Under the pieces are notes generated by a model, which worked only from the letters and a program-made list of their open reading frames with translations, ran no database searches and was not told the DNA's origin. Below, piece by piece: positions 21,361 to 29,532 of a DNA stretch of 64,000 bases. Positions within the stretch are counted from its first letter, which is position 1. Each line of letters opens with the position of its first letter. The position numbers were made by a program, and so were the translations under genes. The stretch is from an uncultured Gemmatimonadales bacterium (GTDB lineage Bacteria > Gemmatimonadota > Gemmatimonadetes > Gemmatimonadales > GWC2-71-9): contig CAVZZO010000001.1 of NCBI GenBank assembly GCA_963779755.1, forward strand, positions 224,001-288,000, given 5' to 3'.

Positions 21361-22346
21361 GCCTGCTGCTGACGCCGCTGGCGCGGCAGGCAGGGATCGA
21401 CGTGCCCCTCATCTGCGGGGCGATGTACCCCTGCAGCAATCCCGAACTGGTGGCGGCCGTCTCCGAGGCCGGCGGGATCGGTATCGTCCAGCCCATCTCG
21501 CTCACCTACGTTCACGGCCACGAATTCCGCGCCGGACTGCAGTATATCCGCCGTCTCACCGCCCGGCCCGTCGGGATGAACGCGCTGATCGAGCAGTCCT
21601 CGCGCGCCTATCGCCGCCGGATGGAACGATGGATCGACCTGGCCCTGGAGGAGGGCATCCGCTTCTTTGTGACCTCGCTGGGGAACCCCCGCTGGGTGGT
21701 CGAGCGGGTGCGGCCCCTCGGCGGCATCGTCTACCACGACGTGACGGAACTGAAATGGGGGCGCAAGGGGGCCGATGCCGGCGTGGACGGGCTCATCGCG
21801 GTAAACCGGCGCGCCGGCGGACATGCCGGCGACCGTTCGCCGCAGGCGCTTTTCGAAGAGCTCCAGCCGCTGGGGCTCCCGCTGGTGTGCGCCGGAGGCA
21901 TCGGAACCGCCGCCGAGTTCGTCGCCGCCCTCCAGACCGGCTACGCCGGCGCCCAGCTCGGCACCCGGTTCATCGCCACACCGGAGTGCCGGGCCAGCGA
22001 CGCCTACAAGACGGCGATCGTTCAGGCGCGCGAAGCTGATATCGTCCTCACCGAGCGGATCACCGGCGTACCGGTCTCGGTCATCCGGACTCCCTACATC
22101 GAGCGTATGGGCCTGCGCGCGGGCCCTCTGGCGCGCCGGCTGCTGCGGGGGCGCCGGACCAAGCACCTCATGCGGACCGTTTACGCCCTGCGCTCGCTCT
22201 GGCAACTCAAACGGGCATCGCTGGATGAGAGCGGGACGCGTGACTACTGGCAGGCGGGCCGCAGCGTCGAAGGCATCACCGCCATCGAGCCGGCTGCCGA
22301 TATTGTACGGCGCTATGCCGGGGCGGCCCAGGCGGCCCCGGGTTGA
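21357..22346 (+). CDS. Nitronate monooxygenase/FabK-like FMN oxidoreductase
   Basis: [38 protein letters not shown]. Confidence 0.85.
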   Translation: MSLLLTPLARQAGIDVPLICGAMYPCSNPELVAAVSEAGGIGIVQPISLTYVHGHEFRAGLQYIRRLTARPVGMNALIEQSSRAYRRRMERWIDLALEEGIRFFVTSLGNPRWVVERVRPLGGIVYHDVTELKWGRKGADAGVDGLIAVNRRAGGHAGDRSPQALFEELQPLGLPLVCAGGIGTAAEFVAALQTGYAGAQLGTRFIATPECRASDAYKTAIVQAREADIVLTERITGVPVSVIRTPYIERMGLRAGPLARRLLRGRRTKHLMRTVYALRSLWQLKRASLDESGTRDYWQAGRSVEGITAIEPAADIVRRYAGAAQAAPG

Positions 22347-22759
22347 TGCCGCGGCTCACCCGCTGGTTCCTGCGCGCCGGGCTGCTGTATCTGGTGGCCG
22401 CACTGGCGCTGGGTGTGGCGCAGAGGTGGCCCGGCCGCGGGCCGGCGATTCTGGCCGCGACCTGGCCGGTCTACATCCATGCGCTGGTGGTCGGCTGGCT
22501 CACCCAGCTGGTCTTCGGCGTCGCCTGGTGGATGTTCCCCCGGGCGCCCGGTCCCCGGCCCCGGGGCAGCGCCCGGGCAGGCTGGATCGTCTTCGTCGCA
22601 CTGAACGCAGGGCTGCTCCTGCGCCTGGGTGCGGAACCGGCCGCGGCGGTGCACTCCAGCACCGCAATCCGCTGGGCCCTGGCCGCCGCCGCCGTCCTTC
22701 AGCTGCTGGCCGGCTGGCTGTTTGTCGTCAGCATCTGGCCGCGGGTCAGGGGCCGCTGA
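22346..22759 (+). CDS. Four-TM membrane protein with conserved His (heme-copper oxidase subunit I fragment-like)
   Basis: [16 protein letters not shown]...HALVVGWLTQLVFGVAWWMFPR; coupled to the upstream stop. Confidence 0.7.
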   Translation: MPRLTRWFLRAGLLYLVAALALGVAQRWPGRGPAILAATWPVYIHALVVGWLTQLVFGVAWWMFPRAPGPRPRGSARAGWIVFVALNAGLLLRLGAEPAAAVHSSTAIRWALAAAAVLQLLAGWLFVVSIWPRVRGR

Positions 22760-22760
22760 G

Positions 22761-23186
22761 ATGCCCCAGTGGTCTATCCGCCTGGTACGCACCGGGCTGC
22801 TCTACCTGGCCGCGGGATTTCTCTTCGGCGCCCTACTCCTGGTGCAGAAAGCAGGGTGGAACATCACGGGCGGCCTGGCCCTGCTGCCGCTGCATACCGA
22901 GTGCGTCCTCATCGGCTGGTTCGTACAAACCACCATGGGGGTGGCCTACTGGATCCTCCCCCGCTATCCCACCCATCCGGAACGGGGCCCCGACTGGCAC
23001 ATGGCCGGAGCCTTCGTGCTCATCAATGTGGGCATCCTGACGACGGCAGCCGGCCTGGCCTGGTCACCTGCCACCGCCGTGCCGCTCGCCGGACGACTGG
23101 CCCAGAGCGGCGCGATACTGCTCTTCGGACTCCATGCCTGGCCCAGGGTACGGCCATTTCTTGCGCCCGGGCCATCACGTCCCTGA
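22761..23186 (+). CDS. Four-TM membrane protein, paralog of the preceding gene
   Basis: MPQWSIRLVRTGLLYL...HTECVLIGWFVQTTMGVAYWILPR...AWPRVR. Confidence 0.7.
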   Translation: MPQWSIRLVRTGLLYLAAGFLFGALLLVQKAGWNITGGLALLPLHTECVLIGWFVQTTMGVAYWILPRYPTHPERGPDWHMAGAFVLINVGILTTAAGLAWSPATAVPLAGRLAQSGAILLFGLHAWPRVRPFLAPGPSRP

Positions 23187-23285
23187 ACCGTCCCACTTCT
23201 TGGCAGCCTCGGCGCAATGACCAACCGGCTGCACCTCCGTATTCTTCCCCTTTTTCGCATCCCACCTATAACGGAGTGTGCGGGC

Positions 23286-23297
23286 TGTAACGTTACA
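23286..23297. promoter_or_regulatory. Perfect 12-bp palindrome, possible LacI-type operator
   Basis: TGTAACGTTACA in an AT-enriched intergenic region. Confidence 0.45.
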
Positions 23298-23313
23298 TGC
23301 CATTCAGGGTAGA

Positions 23314-23331
23314 GTGTGACCAGGATCACAC
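23314..23331. promoter_or_regulatory. CRP/FNR-family binding site
   Basis: G-TGTGA-CCAGGA-TCACA-C is an exact match to TGTGA-N6-TCACA. Confidence 0.6.
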
Positions 23332-23585
23332 GCGCCAACTCGTTTGTGCACATGGCATTCCGTTATACGATAGATGATTTGTAAGGGCGTAGTTCTTGCG
23401 AATCCAGGTGACCGGGTCCAGCGGTCCCGAGTTGACCAATGGGAAAGGCAGCCCGGAACAAGTCCCGTTGCCCTGCCAGAAAACTGCCGGAAACACCAGC
23501 CAGACTCTCCGATTTGTACATAGTTGTGCATGCAATTGCGCGTCTCCTTGCGTGCCAAAGTCTATTCATTAAAGGAGCAGGTTGG

Positions 23586-24575
23586 ATGGCACGATCGAGT
23601 GCTGCGCTGCGGGCGACGGCCCCGGCCCAAGCCCCAATCACAACCCCACCGGCCACCCCAGGCCGGACCCCGCCGCGCCCCAGGCCGGCCCGCGCTGCCC
23701 CTTCATCGCGCCAGACGCCGAGTCAGCTGCCGTTGATCGTGGTGTTGTCGTCTCTGGCGGTGCTCAACCTGCTGGGTGTGCCGTACTACCTGCTGCCGAT
23801 GAGCGACCGGGTTCGCAGCCCGTTGCATGCCTGGTTCAAACCTTCCGGCTATATCGGCCAGCCGGCAGGTATCCTGGCCTTCACCATCTTCGGGTTCCTC
23901 TGGCTCTACCCGCTGCGCAAGAAGTTCCGCTGGCTGGCCTTCACCGGTTCGGTCGGCCGCTGGCTCGACGTGCACGTCCTCTCGGCCCTGGCGCTGCCGA
24001 TGCTGTTGGCGATTCATGCCAGCTGGCGGTTCGACGGGCTGATCGGCCTGGGCTATGCCGCCATTCTCGTGGTCTGCCTGAGCGGGATCATCGGCCGCTA
24101 TGTGTACGTGCGCATTCCGCGCAGCCGCTCCGGCCTCGAGCTGTCCCTGGAGGAAATCGCGGGCCAGCGCAAGGCGCTGCTGCAGACCATCGCCGAGGCC
24201 ATCGGGCAGGATCCGGACACCGTCGAGCGCATTCTCCAGACCGACCCTGCCTCGTGTGAGGGGCTGGGTGTGGCACACACCGTCGGACGCATGTTCACCG
24301 ACGACATCCGCCGCTGGCGGGCTGCGGCCGAACTGCGGCGGCGCTGGCGGAATTCCGCCAACGGTGCCCGGCTGGACCGGCAGACGCTGCGCCAGGTCCT
24401 GGGGCTGGCTAATCGGGAAATGAAGCTCACCCAGCAGGTCCGGATGCTCTCGGCCACTCACCGGGTTTTCCGCTACTGGCATGTGGCCCACCGCCCGGTG
24501 GCGCTCACGGCGCTGGTTGCGGTGATCGTCCATGTCGCGGTGGTCGTGGCGCTGGGCGCCACCTGGTTCTGGTAG
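23586..24575 (+). CDS. Inner-membrane protein with four TM-associated His (putative heme b / ferric-reductase-like TM domain)
   Basis: AAAGGAG RBS; Y.LRKK, WLDVHV, IHASWRF, SGIIGRYVY, WHVAHRP, IVHV; about 5 TM. Confidence 0.75.
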   Translation: MARSSAALRATAPAQAPITTPPATPGRTPPRPRPARAAPSSRQTPSQLPLIVVLSSLAVLNLLGVPYYLLPMSDRVRSPLHAWFKPSGYIGQPAGILAFTIFGFLWLYPLRKKFRWLAFTGSVGRWLDVHVLSALALPMLLAIHASWRFDGLIGLGYAAILVVCLSGIIGRYVYVRIPRSRSGLELSLEEIAGQRKALLQTIAEAIGQDPDTVERILQTDPASCEGLGVAHTVGRMFTDDIRRWRAAAELRRRWRNSANGARLDRQTLRQVLGLANREMKLTQQVRMLSATHRVFRYWHVAHRPVALTALVAVIVHVAVVVALGATWFW

Positions 24576-24581
24576 CCAGCC

Positions 24582-26033
24582 ATGGAAGCGCTCTACACCA
24601 CCCTGGGCTTCTTCGCTCTGACCGCCGTGTCCATCTGGCTGCACCTGCGGCGGAGCGGGGGGAGCGCCAAGCCGGCCGCGGCCCGGCCGGCCGCCCCGGG
24701 ACGCCCCTGCCCCCGCTGCAGGGCCGGGGTGCCTTCGGGGGCAACCTTCTGCCCCGCCTGCGGCGTGCCGCAGCAGATCTACGAGGTCGTCGCGGCCCCC
24801 ACCGTCACCCGCACCGAATCGGACGGGGAGGAGCGGGTGCATGCCGTTGTGCGGGCGGACATGTGCGTCGGCTGCGGCACCTGTGTCGCGGCCTGCCCGG
24901 AACCCGGTGCCATCGCCCTGCAGGGCAAGCTGGCGGTGGTGGAGCAGGCCGTCTGTGCCGGCCATGGCCAATGCGCCTCGGCCTGCCCCGTGGGCGCCAT
25001 CCTGCTGACCACCGGAGCGGCGGTACACCGGGTCGAAGTGCCTGAGGTCGGCGCCGATTTCCAGACCAACATTCCCGGCATCTACATCGTGGGGGAGCTG
25101 GGCGGCCGCGGCCTGATCAAGAACGCGATCAACGAAGGGAAGATTGCCATCGAGCATATCGCGCTGGAGTTGCCGCCGGGTGAGACGCGGCTGGACGGCG
25201 AAGCCGAAGCGTTTGATGTGGTGATCGTCGGCTCGGGCCCCGCGGGGCTGAGTGCCGGCCTCGAAGCACACCGCCGCGGGTTGCGCTATGTGGTGGTGGA
25301 ACAGGGCTCCCTCTCCGACACCGTGCGTAAGTACCCCCGTCACAAGATTCTCTTCGCCGAGCCGCTGTCGATCCCGCTGTACGGCGATCTCTGGATAGCG
25401 GACGCCTCCAAGGAGACACTGCTCCAGGTCTGGGAAACGATCGTCGCCAACACCGGGCTCGAGGTACGAACCAACCAGCGCATTCAGCAGGTGGCACGCG
25501 TGGACGGCCTGTTCGAGGTCGCCTCCGAAGCCGAGCGATTCCGGACCCGCCGGGTCGTTCTGGCGATGGGGCGCCGGGGCACGCCCCGGCGTCTGGGCGT
25601 TCCCGGAGAAGAGCTGGCGAAGGTGGTCTATGACATCGCCGAGATGGAGGATTTTCGGGGCCGGAAGGTCCTGGTGGTGGGCGGCGGCGACAGCGCCATC
25701 GAGTCGGTGCTCGGCCTGGCCAACCAGGAGGGTACCTCCGCCACCCTGAGCTACCGGGGCGAAGACTTTACCCGCGTGAAGGAACGGAACCGGGCCAAGC
25801 TGGATGCCGCCGTCGAGGCCGGCAGGGTGGGGGTGCAGCTGCGCAGCACGGTGCGGGAGATCCGGCCGGACCGCGTCGTGCTCGATGTCGCCGGCGAGAG
25901 CGCCATCCTTCTCAACGACGATGTCATTGTCCGCATCGGTGGCGACGCGCCCTACGCGTTCCTCGAGCGCCTGGGCATTCGCATCGTGCAGAAAGATGTG
26001 CCGCTCCCCTCCGAGGCCGCGCGCGCCAGTTGA
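24582..26033 (+). CDS. Membrane-anchored Zn-ribbon/2x[4Fe-4S]/FAD-NAD(P)H oxidoreductase (TrxR-like fold)
   Basis: N-terminal TM; CPRC..CPAC; CVGCGTCVAACP and CAGHGQCASACP; VGSGPAGL; AMGRRG; VVGGGDSA; SYRG. Confidence 0.85.
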   Translation: MEALYTTLGFFALTAVSIWLHLRRSGGSAKPAAARPAAPGRPCPRCRAGVPSGATFCPACGVPQQIYEVVAAPTVTRTESDGEERVHAVVRADMCVGCGTCVAACPEPGAIALQGKLAVVEQAVCAGHGQCASACPVGAILLTTGAAVHRVEVPEVGADFQTNIPGIYIVGELGGRGLIKNAINEGKIAIEHIALELPPGETRLDGEAEAFDVVIVGSGPAGLSAGLEAHRRGLRYVVVEQGSLSDTVRKYPRHKILFAEPLSIPLYGDLWIADASKETLLQVWETIVANTGLEVRTNQRIQQVARVDGLFEVASEAERFRTRRVVLAMGRRGTPRRLGVPGEELAKVVYDIAEMEDFRGRKVLVVGGGDSAIESVLGLANQEGTSATLSYRGEDFTRVKERNRAKLDAAVEAGRVGVQLRSTVREIRPDRVVLDVAGESAILLNDDVIVRIGGDAPYAFLERLGIRIVQKDVPLPSEAARAS

Positions 26034-28045
26034 TGCGGGGCGCGGCGGGGGGACTCGCGCTGCTGGCGGCGCTCCTGCTGGCGGCTACTGCACCGCTGGC
26101 GGGACAGATCTCGCCGGGCAAACTGGCCCGGCCGCACGCAGCCCTGGAGGGCCCGCTCAACTGCACCAGGTGCCACGGCGGCCGCGGGACGGAAATGAAG
26201 ACCCGCTGTCTGGCCTGTCACAAGGAAATCGCCTGGCTGATGGAGCGGGGACGGGGCTTCCATGCCACCGATCCCGCGGTGCCCTGCGAGAGCTGTCATC
26301 CGGATCACGCAGGCGAGGATTTCGCCCTGATCAAGTGGCCGGACGGCTCCCGCGACCGGTTTGACCACCGGAGAGCGGGCTGGGCGCTCGAGGGGGCGCA
26401 TGCCGAGGTGAAGTGCGAGGACTGCCACCAGGCCAGGAACCGCAGCGGCCCAGCGGCCCGGCTTTCACCCGGCAAGAGCGGAGCCGGCTGGGTGGGCCTG
26501 GAGCAGGACTGTCTGAGCTGCCACGAAGACGCGCATAACGGGTCGCTGGGCAAGGATTGCACGGCGTGCCACGACATCGGGAAATGGACCTTCGCGGCGC
26601 GGTTCGATCACGCCAGGTCCGATTACCCACTGACCGGGAAGCACCAGGATGTGAAGTGCAACGCGTGCCACCTGCCGGAGGGGCGGCCGGTGCGCCGGAA
26701 CGCCAGGGGAGAGCCGGTGCCCATCTACACGCCGCTCGCGCATGCCCAATGCTCCGACTGCCACCGCGACCCGCACCAGGGCCGTTTCGGGGCCAAGTGC
26801 GCGGACTGCCATCAGACGAGCGGCTTCAAGCTCATCCGGAAGAGCGGCTTCGACCACGACCGCACCCGCTATCCCCTGCGCGGGAAACATGCATCGGTGG
26901 CCTGCGAGAAATGCCACGATCCGAAATCGCCGAGCGGGTTCAAGGTGGCCTTTGCCACCTGCGGCGCCTGTCACCACGACGCCCACGCGGGCCAGGCCAC
27001 GCTGGCGGACAAGCCGGCCGACTGCGCCGACTGTCATACGGTCGACGGGTTCGACGTGCCGGCCTTCACGGTGGCGCGGCACGCCCGCACCCGCTATCCG
27101 CTCCAGGGCAGGCACGCGCGCGCGACATGCACCGCCTGCCACCGGGAACGGCCGGCGGGGGTTCCCGCGGCCAAACTGGGCTCGGCGGGGATTCTGATGC
27201 GGCCCGCCTTTACCCGCTGCCGCGATTGTCATGAAGACGATCACGACGGCCAGCTGGCAGAGCGGCCCGGCGCCGGCGCCTGCGAAGGCTGCCACACGCC
27301 GGAGGGCTGGTCACCGAGCACCTTTACCGCGGCGCGGCACGATTCCCTGCGTCTGACGCTGGTCGGACGGCATCGCGCCATCGCCTGCGCCGCCTGCCAC
27401 GGCCCCGACCGGCCGCGCCTGCCCGCCCTCCCGGCACAGGGGCTGGGGAAGGCGGGCGTGGCGTTGACCATGCTGTCCGCGACCTGCACCAGCTGCCATC
27501 AGGACCCCCATCTGGGACGATTCGAGCCGGCGGGCAAGCAGCCGGTAGCCGGCGGGTGCGAAGCGTGCCACGACTATCAGGGCTTCCGTCCCTCGGCGGT
27601 GGACGTCGAGCGCCACGGCAAGCTGGGTTTCGCGCTGGACGGCGCCCACCGGGCCATTCCCTGCGTGGCGTGCCACGACCAGATGCACTCGCGCACGGCC
27701 GGCAGCACCCTGACGGGGGCGCCCCATCTGCAGGCGGTCTCGCTGGCGGTAAAGGGCTCGAAATGCGCCGACTGCCATACCGATCCGCACGGCGGGCAGT
27801 TTGCCTCCCGCCCCGGCGGGGGCGCCTGCGAGAGCTGCCATACGACCGACGCCTTCCGGCCCGCCGGCCGGTTCGATCACGATCGCGATACGAAGTTCAC
27901 GTTGCGCGGAGCGCACGAGCATGTCGCCTGCGAGGCGTGTCACCACCCCGCGGCGCCGGCCCGGGGGGCCCGGGGGCCCGCGCCGCTCCGATATCGTCCT
28001 CTATCCAGTGCCTGCGAGAGCTGTCACGCGGGAGGGAAGCCATGA
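26033..28045 (+). CDS. Exported multiheme c-type cytochrome, 23 CxxCH
   Basis: Sec signal peptide; 23 CxxCH counted; triheme repeats FDH..x.YPL.G.H...C. Confidence 0.93.
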   Translation: MRGAAGGLALLAALLLAATAPLAGQISPGKLARPHAALEGPLNCTRCHGGRGTEMKTRCLACHKEIAWLMERGRGFHATDPAVPCESCHPDHAGEDFALIKWPDGSRDRFDHRRAGWALEGAHAEVKCEDCHQARNRSGPAARLSPGKSGAGWVGLEQDCLSCHEDAHNGSLGKDCTACHDIGKWTFAARFDHARSDYPLTGKHQDVKCNACHLPEGRPVRRNARGEPVPIYTPLAHAQCSDCHRDPHQGRFGAKCADCHQTSGFKLIRKSGFDHDRTRYPLRGKHASVACEKCHDPKSPSGFKVAFATCGACHHDAHAGQATLADKPADCADCHTVDGFDVPAFTVARHARTRYPLQGRHARATCTACHRERPAGVPAAKLGSAGILMRPAFTRCRDCHEDDHDGQLAERPGAGACEGCHTPEGWSPSTFTAARHDSLRLTLVGRHRAIACAACHGPDRPRLPALPAQGLGKAGVALTMLSATCTSCHQDPHLGRFEPAGKQPVAGGCEACHDYQGFRPSAVDVERHGKLGFALDGAHRAIPCVACHDQMHSRTAGSTLTGAPHLQAVSLAVKGSKCADCHTDPHGGQFASRPGGGACESCHTTDAFRPAGRFDHDRDTKFTLRGAHEHVACEACHHPAAPARGARGPAPLRYRPLSSACESCHAGGKP

Positions 28046-29532
28046 TGCGAATGCCGCGATGGATGCTGCCGGCCTGCGCCCTGCTGTGCCTGCTGGGCGT
28101 GCCGGCCCTCCAGGGGCAGGAGGTGACCCAGTCCCCGCACGGGCAGCTGAAAGAGGCCTGCGCCGACTGCCATTCCTCCTCCGGGTGGACGCCGGCCCAC
28201 ATCAGCCGGGCGTTCGATCACGGCAAGTCCGGCTTCGCCCTGACCGGGGCGCACGCCCAGACCGCCTGCCGTTCCTGCCATGCCTCGCTCACGTTCACGG
28301 GCGCGCCGAAGGACTGCGTCAACTGCCACAAGGACGTGCACGGCGGCGAGCTGGGGGTGGACTGCGCCCGCTGCCATACGCCGCGGTCGTTCGTCGACCG
28401 GGCCCGCATGGTGCAGATGCACCAGGCGACGCGCTTCCCGCTGACGGGGACGCATGCCGTGGCCGATTGCGAGGCCTGCCATGAGGCCAGGGGCCAGGGC
28501 GGCCTCACCTGGGTGAACCGCCCCACGCAGTGTCAGGACTGCCACATTTCCAGCTACCTGGCGACCACCAATCCCGATCACCAGGCCAGCGGCTTCCCGC
28601 GCACCTGCGACCAGTGCCATGCCTCCAGTGTCTGGAACCGGGCACGCTTCAATCATGATGCCTCGGGCTTCCCGTTGACCGGGGCACACCGCAGCACCGC
28701 GTGCGACCAGTGCCACGGCGACGGCGTCTACACAGGCAAGCCGACCGCCTGCGTGGCCTGCCACCAGCAGGACTACAACGGAACCACGAACCCGAACCAT
28801 CAGCAGTCCGGCTTCCCGACCAGCTGCACCGACTGCCACACCACCACCAGCTGGCAGGGCGCCACCTTTGATCACAATACGACGCAGTTCCCGCTCACCG
28901 GATCGCATAAGGCAGTGCCCTGCGACCAGTGCCACGGGGACGGCGTGTACAAGGGCAAGCCGACCGCCTGCGTGGCCTGCCACCAGCAGGACTACAACGG
29001 AACCACGAACCCGAACCACCAGCAGTCCGGTTTCCCGACCAGCTGCACCGACTGCCACACCACCACCAGCTGGCAGGGCGCCACCTTTGATCACAATTCG
29101 ACGCAGTTCCCGCTCACCGGATCGCATAAGGCAGTGCCCTGCGACCAGTGCCACGGCGACGGCGTCTACGCCGGCAAGCCGACTGCCTGCGTCGCCTGCC
29201 ATCAGACGGACTACAACGGCACGACCAACCCGCCGCATCAGGCCTCGGGGTTCCCGACGACCTGCGCCGACTGCCATACCACCAGCGGGTGGACGGGCGC
29301 CACGTTCAACCACGACGGGCCCTACTTCCCCATCTACTCGGGGACCCACCTCGGCCGCTGGATCTCGTGTGCGGACTGCCACACCAATCCGAGCGCGTAT
29401 TCGCAGTTCAGCTGCATTACCTGCCACGACCACAGCCAGTCGAATACCGACGGGCATCACACCGGCGTATCGGGCTACCAGTACAACAGCCAGGCATGCT
29501 ACAGCTGCCATCCCACGGGGAGGGCCGGATGA
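28042..29532 (+). CDS. Exported multiheme c-type cytochrome, 19 CxxCH
   Basis: Signal peptide; 19 CxxCH counted; 73-aa triheme repeats; Thr/Gln/Asn-rich. Confidence 0.93.
   Translation: MMRMPRWMLPACALLCLLGVPALQGQEVTQSPHGQLKEACADCHSSSGWTPAHISRAFDHGKSGFALTGAHAQTACRSCHASLTFTGAPKDCVNCHKDVHGGELGVDCARCHTPRSFVDRARMVQMHQATRFPLTGTHAVADCEACHEARGQGGLTWVNRPTQCQDCHISSYLATTNPDHQASGFPRTCDQCHASSVWNRARFNHDASGFPLTGAHRSTACDQCHGDGVYTGKPTACVACHQQDYNGTTNPNHQQSGFPTSCTDCHTTTSWQGATFDHNTTQFPLTGSHKAVPCDQCHGDGVYKGKPTACVACHQQDYNGTTNPNHQQSGFPTSCTDCHTTTSWQGATFDHNSTQFPLTGSHKAVPCDQCHGDGVYAGKPTACVACHQTDYNGTTNPPHQASGFPTTCADCHTTSGWTGATFNHDGPYFPIYSGTHLGRWISCADCHTNPSAYSQFSCITCHDHSQSNTDGHHTGVSGYQYNSQACYSCHPTGRAG
28702..29312 (+). 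repeat. 219-bp in-frame tandem repeat (two near-identical units plus a diverged partial third)
   Basis: TGCGACCAGTGCCACGG recurs at 28702, 28921 and 29140. Confidence 0.92.

Noticed and set aside
28702..29312. 219-bp repeats as a diversity-generating retroelement TR/VR pair
   Set aside because: The repeats are tandem and in-frame within one CDS, differences are not adenine-specific, and no reverse transcriptase is present.
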